The position numbers and the translations under genes were made by a program. A stretch of 64,000 bases of DNA from assembly GCA_051294375.1 (NCBI GenBank), contig CM119266.1, positions 27,432,221-27,496,220 of the forward strand, read 5' to 3'. This document shows, in pieces, positions 54,354 to 64,000 of the stretch (position 1 is the first letter of the stretch; every line of letters begins with the position of its first letter). This DNA comes from Paraspadella gotoi (taxonomy: Eukaryota; Animalia; Chaetognatha). A model generated the notes under the pieces. That model had not been told where the DNA came from. It was given only the letters and a program-made list of their open reading frames with translations, and did no database searches.

Positions 54354-54659
54354 ATAAGTGTTTTACCAGTTTTAAATAAAAGCGTGATTTGTAATGAAAA
54401 TCGAAAGTAAACGAAGATATATCTCGTAAAATTGGAAGTGAAGGATTGGAAGGAAAGAGTCTCCTCTTTGTGGAGGAGAAACAATCATTCGATGGACGAC
54501 GCCCGGATTTTTTAGATGATAGATAAATATTACCTTGTCGAGCATTTTAACTTTATACCAGCCCCAGAAGATTTAAAATATTTTATTAACAAAATTCAAA
54601 ATTACGTTTTCTAAACAACGTTCTAAAAATTACTATTACCTATAGTGTTGAAAAACATA

Positions 54660-54956
54660 TAGACATAAGTGTGGATAAGGCGCTACGTGGGCTGAAGATG
54701 ACTGTCCATAACTTCTATAACCCCCTCTAGCAGCCATGGAACGGGTCCCTGGGCTTGGAACCAGGCTTGAGGGTTTGCCATGCCCCCAAGGCGGCTTACG
54801 GCCGTCCTCACGCTTCCCGCAGGGTAGGTACCGGGTTGGGATTGAACCCGGTACCTAGTGGTCATGAGCTGATGGCTTTACTCAATGAGCCACCGGGTCA
54901 CAACTGAAAGTGTCATGATTCTAGGCGGGGTGAACCTAGGCAATGCCCGACTACAT
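54660..54956 (-). mobile_element. tRNA-derived SINE-like element (Met-CAT-like head at 54829-54899)
   Basis: GACCCGG-TGGCTCATTGAG(A box)-TAAAGCCATCAGCT-CAT-GACCACTAGGTACCG-GGTTCAATCCC(B box). The stems pair poorly, so this is not a tRNA gene. GC-rich body follows; the 3' boundary is approximate. Confidence 0.65.
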
Positions 54957-55309
54957 AAGTCCTATATGCGAATTCTTTTGTTCCCTGAAATTCTTATCAT
55001 TTTCAACCTTTCCAACCTGTTGCCAGTATTTCATTCTATACCCTGTTCCCTGAAATTCTTATCATTTTCAACCTTTCCAACCTGTTCCCAATTTTTCATT
55101 CTAACTTCCCTCATTCTCAATTGGCCCAACCTATTCCCAATCTTTCATTCTAACCCCTGCCACACCTTTCCCCCCCGACTCACCGCTTCGTCGCCCGAGA
55201 TTTTTATTCTCTGGAGACGAAATCCCCCGAAATTGTTTGGCCCCGAGCGACTCCAATATTTTTCCAGCGCCTGAGCGGAGGAAAGATCCAAAAAACAATA
55301 TTATTTTTT

Positions 55310-55445
55310 AGTTGCGCCGCGAATACCCACGAAGCAACTCTCTCAGACACTTTGCTATTAGTCGGTCCGTCGATCTGTCCCTCTTTTATTAGATCTCATA
55401 AAAAAAAAGATACGGCGCAACACCTTGGAATTCACGTCCCTTCTT
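55310..55445 (+). mobile_element. HINE family 3, short copy
   Basis: T-run, GTTGCGCCG ... gtcggtccgtc ... CGGCGCAACAC.TTGGAATT, matching the 27590-27842 copy. Confidence 0.55.
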
Positions 55446-55706
55446 TTTAATTCGGAAAAACGACAAAAAACCCAAAAACTGTCGATGATTGTTAAGCGGT
55501 TTTTGAAAAATCCCTCGCGCGAGAGAAGGCAGGAAAAACAGACGGAATAGAATGAAGATTGTGAGAGAAGCACGAAGTACATTTTTCGTTGAGTAGTTGA
55601 CGTAGTAACGTCTAACGAGATAAAAAGTAGCTCGAAATATTGTAATATCGAAATTTGTAAAGGGAATTGCTCGAGGAATACAAACTCAGCATTTGAATAT
55701 ACCATG

Positions 55707-56233
55707 TGTTAGAGATTGCACTTTTCCTTACGGACTTGGGAACACGATTGAGCATCTTTCATATTAATTTTTCTATCGTTGACTCATCAAGAACCGTAAC
55801 ACCATTAGTAGTATTAATTGAAGTTAGTTGTAATTCAGTTGACAGTTATAAGGACAATCGAAATAGCAATCAGTAGAGCCATTGGAAGAGCAGTGGAAGA
55901 GCTATGGAAGAGGTGTGGAAGCTCAAAAGCTACAAAAAATAATATTTTATTAACATTAATTCAATTTTTAGTAAATCAATCAATTACCTTAAGGTCCCAG
56001 GGCAATCTCTTCAAAAAATATAAGTTGCCCTTTCTTTTATACAAAGACTAAATTTAATGGACCAATGAGAAGAGAGATTTTCTTTAAAATTATTGAGAAT
56101 TCAATCATTAACTACTATTGGTAGAATTCGACCAATGAGATAATATAAAATCATTAAAGTTGAGACTAAAACCAATTGACGTGATTCAGATATTCACGAA
56201 GAGAATTTGTTTGATTTAAAATCATTCCTAACA
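55707..56233 (-). repeat. 3' LTR of the BEL/Pao element
   Basis: TGTTAG...CTAACA termini. On the minus strand it is preceded by the polypurine tract AGGGGGGAAAA (56234-56244). Confidence 0.8.
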
Positions 56234-56364
56234 TTTTCCCCCCTATTGCATGAAATGCAATATCTATAAAATTAAAACATTCAATCGGGAGATTAAGATA
56301 GATAAAAATTTAAAACAAATATTATTTACATTTGTAAAAACATTGTACAATTTAATTTCATGTA

Positions 56365-56511
56365 TATAAATTGACATGGAACGCATTTCCGCAGTGTTTT
56401 TAACAACTGAGCCCCTTTTAAAATCCAAAAACGCTGACGAACTTGATTATGGGTTTGTTCTGTACCAGCATGAGCTAATTGTTTGTGTAACAATTCAATC
56501 AATGATTCAGT
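56365..56511 (-). pseudogene. BEL/Pao integrase zinc-binding (HHCC) fragment
   Basis: LIELLHKQLAHAGTEQTHNQVRQRFWILKGAQLLKTLRKCVPC. Confidence 0.85.
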
Positions 56512-56845
56512 TTTTGAAATGGTGCGAAATTTGTGCAAAAGAAGGAGAAAGAGAGAGAGAGAGACAGAGACAGAGAGAGACAAATGAAAATAGAAGCTTT
56601 GTTCTCTCTCTTTATTTCTCTGCTTCTCTCTCTCTCTCTCTCTCCTTTTACACAAATTTCGCACCATTTCAAAAACTTGTTAACGCTGATGAAGACTCGT
56701 AACAAGAGTCCAAACAAGTATGTTTCTTTATGAAATAAATTGTTGTTGAAATAAAATTTAAAACTTTTTATAAATATAAAAACTTATATTTATATTAAAA
56801 AAAGTGAGTCTGATTTAAGCGCTTCGCTTTGTTTCAAAAAAAATT
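56509..56845. mobile_element. Second PLE-like fold-back insertion
   Basis: Inverted arms agtttttgaaatggtgcgaaatttgtg..(GA)n / (TC)n..cacaaatttcgcaccatttcaaaaact, followed by a hammerhead motif and an AATAAA-rich tail. The right boundary is approximate. Confidence 0.6.
56682..56724 (+). ncRNA. Degenerate minimal hammerhead ribozyme (G12C; likely inactive)
   Basis: AACG-CTGATGA-A-GACTC-GTAACAA-GAGTC-CAAA-CAAG-TA-TGTT has the same layout as the motif at 22565, with CAAA in place of GAAA. Confidence 0.7.
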
Positions 56846-56882
56846 TTATGGTGGACTAAAATCCACCAACCGTTCATTCAGT

Positions 56883-56943
56883 GGCCATTGATGCCGGAGG
56901 CAAGTCATTCGCCTCCCAACCCTAGGTCCGGGTTCTAGCCCGG
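56883..56943 (+). mobile_element. tRNA-Gly-like SINE head
   Basis: TGATGCCGGAGG...TTCGCCTCCCAA...CCGGGTTCTAGCCCGG (T-arm hairpin). Related to 2372-2429. Confidence 0.45.
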
Positions 56944-57214
56944 TGGTCGCCTGTAACATGGTGTTACAGCCTGATCCGAAGCTCAGGGACTGCTTATATT
57001 GAACGGTTCTGTCATTAACACATATCAATAATTACTGTCTCTTCAATTTCTTCTAAAAACATAATAAGTTAAAGAAAACAAAATATTTCTTACCAAAATA
57101 TCTAAATTACAAAAAATAAAATTTAACTTAATTTAACCATTAAAATAAAAATTAACGGTTAAGTTAAAAAAAATTTTTCACCGTTATTAACGGTTAATTT
57201 TAAACGGTTAAGGA

Positions 57215-58103
57215 ATCTCTAATGACGGCGGCCTTTAATTCGAGACGCGGGATCGTTTCTTTAGAGCCTAAAACTGTACGTTCAATGGGGGCAACTCTGG
57301 CTTTAGCTATTAAAACGGAAACATGAATTTTGTTTTGTTCATCAATAAACCTTAAATAAGCCACAGCGCCGTAGCCATGCTGAGACGCATCAGAGAATAA
57401 ATGTAATTCAATATGACTTTGCCTAATTCAGAGGAACCTGTCCAACGCAGGACCATGACGTTTTCCATTTCAAGAAAGGGTTGGATTTCAGTCTGTAGAA
57501 TAATATTATCCTAATCGTAATCCGTGACGCAGTTTTTCTGTAAAAGTCGCTTTGCAATAAAAATAAAAGGAGCTGCAAAACCAAGGGGATCAAAAATTGA
57601 AGCTGTTAAGGATAAAACCTGTCGTCTTGTTTTAACTTCTTTTCCCCCCTTTAAATTTCAAACAGAAATTTAAAACAGTCAGAACCAAAATCGTAACCGA
57701 CTCCTAAAGTACGATCGGTAAATGTTTCGCCGTAATCAACAAATCTTTTCATTCGTTTGACAATTCAGCGCGGGCACCGATATGGATTGCCAGCTCTCGG
57801 TTGTTAGTCTTCCATTTGGAGAGACGAAATCCGCCTTTTTCAAGAAGATGGTCAACTTGATCCACTAGCCTTTTGGCCAGAGGGACGGAAGGGGAACTTT
57901 TAGTCATGTCGTCGACCTACATATGGCGTAATATAGTTATTATAGTTTCAGGATCATAGTGTTTATTAATTTTTGCATGATGTTGTAAAGCATAATTAGC
58001 TATAGCTCCTTAAGGGGCAGTACCAAAGATATTAATGTTCATTCTAATCATAATTAGTTCATCCATTTTTTCATTTTTCCAAAACCAAAATCTTTGGGCC
58101 TTT
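57215..58103 (-). pseudogene. BEL/Pao reverse transcriptase / RNase H relic
   Basis: AQRFWFW; M*VDD (mutated YVDD); KGGFRLSKWKTNN; [22 protein letters not shown]; SDASQHGYGAVAYLR; AKARVAP; TIPRLELKAA. Confidence 0.92.
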
Positions 58104-59044
58104 CCAGTTAAGATTGCCCCATTGGCAGCAAAATCTGTACCGCCCGAAAGATAGCAGAGCCGCCGTCAGTGGCAGTAAGAACTGCAAAAGCACCGCCGCG
58201 CGAATATCTGACTGTTTTTCCCCATAAAAGATAAGTTATTTTAACCTTCTTCGCGTGGCCATTTTTTTCGATAAATTCTGCCATTCGTTATTTGCTCGTC
58301 TCTCGAATAAATATTAAATACTTCGTTTTTTATGAAATATTTTCGATTTGATGCCTTTAATGTTTTCGACGCTTTTGCTTATTATTTGGTGGTAAGCTAG
58401 TTAAGACATGCGCTCAATATTTATTTATTTATAATTATTATATAGTGTGGGAAGAGAGTAATATTTTTGTCGATAAAATGTTTTTTTTTACTTTTAAGGA
58501 AATGATAAAAACTTATATTAATATAAGCAATAGGTAATTAAACTTAATATCATAAAGTAATCATCTTATTAACCTATATATTTTCTTAGATTAACATAAC
58601 TTTTTTTGTTTCTTACTTAATTATATTCGTACGATAATTATCATATAGAGAGACATTGTCCTGTAAGATGATACCTGGTTAACATTGTCCCGGTGTCATA
58701 GTTAGCTGGTTACGTGATAATTATCTTTCTGTATTTAAATAGTGACGTTGGTTAACATTGTCCCGCGTCTAATTATTACGATGCCTGGTTAACATTGTCC
58801 CGGTATCGTAAATAGCCGTTTTATTTGTTGGCAATAATAAAGTAAGAAACTATTTTTATTTATAAATAATTATATATCAAATAATAATTTGTTTTTCTGG
58901 CTTCGACCTCGTCTTGTCGCTATATTAGTATTTAAAAATAACCTTAATCCTTTAACATTAAGTTTATTTAAAAAAACTGTTGCTTAGGTTAACGTGAAGA
59001 TTCCGATTGAGGTTAAGGTTAATAGTAAGAATCATAACCATTTC

Positions 59045-59170
59045 CCCTGGGTTTAGGGGTTAGGGATAGGTGGGGATTTAGGGAAAAGAAGGTGGGGATT
59101 TAGGGGTAGGGGGTTAGGGGTAGGCGGTTTAGTAGTAGGGGGGTGGGGTTAGGGGAGACGGGTAAGGGGA
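59045..59170. repeat. Degenerate TTAGGG/TAGGGG G-rich tract
   Basis: tttaggggttagggataggtggggatttaggg... Confidence 0.6.
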
Positions 59171-59499
59171 AAAAGATACATTTTGGTTCGAAAATTATAC
59201 CAATAGGATTTTAAATAAATATTGTATAAGCTTCATTCTACATGACTTAGCTAGCCAGCCATGCGTTTACAAGAAACAATCGTTCTCCTGAAACTGAATC
59301 CTACGTCCAACTTTTTGACGTGAGAAACGTCAGTCCCTTAGCGTCAAAAACATTGATTCGCGGGATCCCCTGCCATACATCATATGTCTCGCAAAATGGC
59401 GTCTTATAGCTAATCGTCGTCAGTGCTCGGGTTGCCTTAGACCAATGAAACTTAATTTAAAAAAGAATTCACGAGAATGGCGCTGTCGTCGATGTATGT

Positions 59500-59561
59500 A
59501 TTAATTAATTAATTAATTAATTTTCGTAGGCAGATCCGACATTGTTTGCTCAAACTTGTTT
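59500..59561 (+). mobile_element. HINE family 1 terminal fragment
   Basis: cgtaggcagatccgacattgtttgctcaaacttgttt is the reverse complement of the 807 and 30545 ends. A further fragment lies at about 60315-60385. Confidence 0.6.
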
Positions 59562-61559
59562 CAATATCATGAGGTTCAATTTTACCTCGTTTTAATATTT
59601 CTTCCAATCGTTCCGACGCAGTGTGTTGGCGGTTTCCGGGTATCCCCAATGCTGACGTTAACGTTGCTTAGCCTGAGTGAGAGCATTTGTACCATCACTA
59701 ACAAAACGAAATTGTTTTATAGCATTATGAGCAAGGCCTTTTGTCCAATTTAATAATTCATAAAATTTAGTTTTATCAGAAACTCCCGGAATTTGTTCAA
59801 CGTCAGTCTCAAATTGATAAAGAAAAGCTTCCAAAGTAAAACTATTTCCATAAAACTTATTTTTTTCATCGAGGCGTCTTTTTTCTAATAGCCTGTCGAC
59901 GGCCCTCTTCTCACCTGACGGTGAGGCGGGCGGGTGTCCACTCTTGCCATTTTGTTGACAGGGTTGGTGGAGTCCTCTTCGTCCTCCTGCAGCCGTCGCT
60001 TGGGACGACGCCCAGTTTATTAATTTAATTTATATTTTGTAACATTATTTTTTGATGATTGATTGGCTGATTGATCAGTTGATTGAAAGATCAACAATGA
60101 TCGATTATCATTGCATATACTATTGTCACATTAATAAATGGTTATCATTGCATCGATAAATCCTTTATATTTATCTATAAGATAAAATGATTGATTGGCT
60201 GATTCATCAGTTGATTAACAGATTCTTTTATTGATTTATTAAGAAATCTGTTATGACTAACAGGGCCATGATAGAGAGTTTTAATAAACTTAAACCAGTA
60301 ATTTCAGTATTTCCACCCTCTCAATCTTGTCGGGCATTCATTCATATCATGTCAGAACATCGAATTATGATAAATTATGCATTATGTATATACTCTCTTT
60401 TCGTTGTTTTTGAAGTATTAGGAGAAAAACAGTTTTGGTTTGACAACAATTTTTTTTTACTTAATTAGCCAGACATGTTTTGGCTCATTCGGCTTACTCA
60501 GCCTTGTTATGTCATAAACATGTCCAAATTCCTCTTTCCATTTCTTTTGTTAATATTGAAAATAATTATTATTGCTATAATTATAGTCTTTGATACATTA
60601 AAAAATAATTCCTATCAATGTTATAAGGAGGAAAGAAAACTTATTATTTTTTTAAATATAAAAACATTACAATATTATTATTAAAAATAATAATTTATCA
60701 AAATTAATAGCAAATGATCACTATAACATAAGATAAGAAAAACTGTCCTCCATATCCCTCTTGAATACTTATGAAAAATATAAAAGAAAAAAAATATAAA
60801 AAAATTAAAAATTAAAAAAAAACTTTTTCAGACCATGCTCACGAAGAATTATAATTTTGCATAAAAAAAATCAAAAAAATAAAAACATCAGATTGTGACA
60901 AAATTGATTGGGAAAAATCTGTTTTTTTTTAAATGCAAAATTATTTCTCAAGTTCCTTATTTATAATTCTCAATGAGACAAATGTTTTTTTTGAAATTTA
61001 AATATTCAACTTTTTAATTAATTAAAAATCATTTTAGTGTACTAAATTTTAAAATATTTTTATAAAAATTTATACCTAAAGTTCTAAGAAGATGATTTTC
61101 TCAAAAATGTTACTTAGATCTTTCTTAAAACGCCATACAAGTCACAGCCACAAAATGAATACAAAAACTCGAAAAAAGCAATATTGTCTTGTCATTCTGA
61201 TTTAAAGATATTTTGTTGATTTTTATGCCTTAAATTTCTTCTAAATGAAAAAAATAATAGGTTTAAAAGATAGCTCTTGATGTCTAGTAGTAAATTGAGT
61301 TTGAATATAACTTTTTTTTATCAACAAGTTTAACCCAGATCAATTTTAAATTTTGTCACAGTTTCAAGCTACTTTTAGCCTGATTTTTTACATATTTTGA
61401 TTATCTTTGCGATCTTACTGATAAAACAGTCATGGTAAAGACAGCCTATGTTCGTTCGAATATAAGGCATATGTTAGATGCTGACCTTAAAAACTGTTTT
61501 TCCTGAAACATATGTTAATAATCAGACAGAGCAAAAATTTTGGTCACAAGATAAAGAAT

Positions 61560-62225
61560 TTAGCATGAGAATAGCGTGAATAAAATTTTCCATGAGACTG
61601 TGCACCGCGACTTAACTGGATCAACTTCATTTAGTTGACAATCATTATCAACTTGATCAACCCATGATTGAATTTTTTGATCAGATGACTGAACCGGCAA
61701 ATTTATTTCACTTTCAGCCAGATCTTCAGCCATCTCAATTTCATACTTATGAAGCTCAGCTTCTCTCTCGGCCTCTTCTTCAGCTCTAAGTTTCAATTCC
61801 ATTTTCTTTTTCTCCATCTCCATTTCTAAATTTAAATCTTCTAATTTTCTTTTATTTTCATCCTTTATACGTTTTAAATGAAATTCTTTTTTAAATTGTT
61901 CATAATTAGCCTTAGATTTTTGTCTTTCACTTTTACTACAACTTGATAAGCTTACTTCATCGGCGACTTGGCTTTCTTCTGGTCCCGACAGAAATTCGAA
62001 TTGTTTACCAGTAGATGGCGTCGGTGACTGGAGCTGAATCTCCGGTGCACGTTTGTACATCTCCGTCTTGAATTCCAGAAGACTTCATTCAACCGCATCA
62101 GCTTGCTCTTCAAGTTGACGCTGGGCAGTGACACTCCAAGACCTCGATTGAATTTCTATGCGCAAGTTTTTGGCAGCATCGTTAGCGGAAATAAATATAG
62201 ATTGCGCCTCTGCTTGAGGGGGAGG
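61560..62225 (-). pseudogene. Probable BEL/Pao gag N-terminal coiled-coil relic
   Basis: 166-aa ORF with a Ser patch, an E/K-rich coiled coil and KIQSWV. The frame continues upstream across one stop codon. It lies between the 5' LTR and pol on the same strand. Confidence 0.55.
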
Positions 62226-62670
62226 AAGAGTTATCTTTTAATTTTTCAATCCATGCAGTTAGGGTATTATGAAACTCACGGCATTTTCTCGTATAACTAC
62301 AAATATCTTTATCACTGGAAGCCATTTTTACCTTAGAGCAGAATAATTTTCAAATAAAGGAGCGAAACTTTAACGGCAGATAAGCTTGTAATTAATTCCA
62401 ATCAAAAAGAAAAATATAAAATTGCATTGACCTATAATTTAAAAAGGGAACTCTTAGGGACAAGAGACCGACCGATTGAATCATCCAGACGGATTTAAAT
62501 GAAGCAGGATAATCCATTGGGAAAATCTTGATGGGAAAGGCACAAATTGCGATTAATCTGGGCCTAAGGGTGAATTGAATTATTTGGGAACGGCACAAAT
62601 TGCGATTAATCTGAGCCTAAATGAAAAGGTAAATGAATTGCTAATTGAATTTAACATAATCTTTTGAGAA

Positions 62671-63015
62671 TGTTAGAGATTGCACTTTTCCTTACGGACT
62701 TGGGAACACGATTGAGCATCCTTCATATTAATTTCTCTATCGTTGACTCATAAATAACCGTAACCCCATTAGTAGTATTAATTGAAGTTAGTTGTAATTC
62801 AGTTGACAGTTATAAGAACAATCGAAATAGCAATCAGTAGAGCCATTGGAAGAGCAGTGGAAGAGCAGTGGAAGAGCTATGGAAGAGGTGTGGAACCTCA
62901 AAAGCTACAAAAAATAATATTTTATTAATACTAATTCCATTTAACAATTTCAGTAAATTAATCAATTACTTTATGGTCCCAGGGCAATCTCTTCAAAAAA
63001 TAAAAGTTGCCCTTT
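62671..63015 (-). repeat. Truncated 5' LTR of the BEL/Pao element
   Basis: Direct repeat of 55707-56035, cut off by a (TTTC)n tract. Confidence 0.8.
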
Positions 63016-63023
63016 CTTTCTTG

Positions 63024-63058
<35 letters not shown>

Positions 63059-64000
63059 TTCTATCCTCATTTTGTTCATTTTTCTTTTTTCTCCTTTCCT
63101 TCCCCTTTCTAAATTTTTTTCACTTTCACTTTTATGACAGGATTTTTTTCTTCGCTCCCTTAAGGGGACCCAGTGATAAAAATGATATCATAAGCTTAAG
63201 GGTCTATCATCAAAGGAATTTGAATGGTTATAGTCATTAATTTTTCTTTGCACGGGAAAGTGGCAAAAAAATTCTTCTCTTATTGTAGCGGAAACAAAAA
63301 TTTAATAATTATGAAAAAAAATTTAATTGACCCTACCTAAATATTTTTATAATCTATTATTTTATTTTTATTTTTACTAAATTCCAAATTTTTAAATTTT
63401 ATTGTATAAAGCTATAATTTTACGTTTAAGCTTCATTGAACAAAACCTTTACAAGACTAATATTTTTTTATTTTTATATTTACTTAAAAGCAGAAAAATG
63501 AAACCTAAATTTTATTCATACAGAAACAAAATTGTAATAACTATTAATTAATATTCATATTCATCCCTTAAATGTATTATTAAACTATATTAATTCCTAA
63601 TTTTAACAATTAAAAATTTAGCAAAAGTACAGAATCTTTTTTTTATTGTATATTTATATTACTTCTAAAAGTTTTATTTTTATCTAATTAACAGAATCAT
63701 TTGAAAAGAAAGTTTAAATAAAATCAGTTGATACCTTAAATTTTGATTCATTCTTTTTTTGTTATAAATTGTTGTGATAAAAGCTGAAGATCTTTTTAAA
63801 ATTAGATCTTATCCTTTTTTGGAAAAAAAAAATTAAAACTTAAAAAAGATTTTCTTCTTACCAATTTAAAAAAAAAATTAAGCTAGCTGATTATATCGAA
63901 TTTTTTAACTACTTTCCCAAATGATTATAGAAGAACAAATTATATGGTCAGAAAGGGTCAAACGTTATGCTTTCAGCTTTTTACCCCCCCTGGTCACTTG

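Larger units (their letters stand above)
55707..63015 (-). mobile_element. Degraded BEL/Pao LTR retrotransposon with nested insertions
   Basis: Direct-repeat LTRs at 55707 and 62671, a PPT, and gag-like, RT/RNase H and integrase relics in the expected minus-strand order. Confidence 0.75.

Noticed and set aside
54829-54899. Functional tRNA-Met gene
   Set aside because: The anticodon, T and acceptor stems do not pair properly and no poly-T terminator follows. It is a SINE-type head.

Overview
AT-rich eukaryotic (probably invertebrate animal) DNA made almost entirely of repeats. I can identify no intact host protein-coding gene, and most ORFs in the track are microsatellite artefacts. Supported content: (i) two small fold-back insertions carrying minimal type-I hammerhead ribozymes of the Penelope-like-element (PLE) kind, one with an intact core (22565-22608, minus strand, inside a 12-bp target duplication) and one with a G12C core mutation (56682-56724); (ii) two inverted copies of a 2.5-2.7 kb non-autonomous DNA transposon with GACACAATGAAAAAT termini and 4-bp TSDs that I cannot assign to a superfamily; (iii) three Helentron/DINE-1-like (HINE) families; (iv) a TA-flanked Tc1 element with a decayed transposase; (v) a fragmented BEL/Pao LTR retrotransposon (55707-63015, minus) plus solo LTRs; (vi) tRNA-derived SINE heads and a CCA-ended tRNA-Leu 3' half; (vii) 210-bp, 67-bp and GTC/GA tandem arrays. 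Several multi-kb duplications pair an indel-rich copy with a cleaner one, often beside 25-N gaps, and are probably long-read gap-filling artefacts. All calls were made by eye, without database searches.
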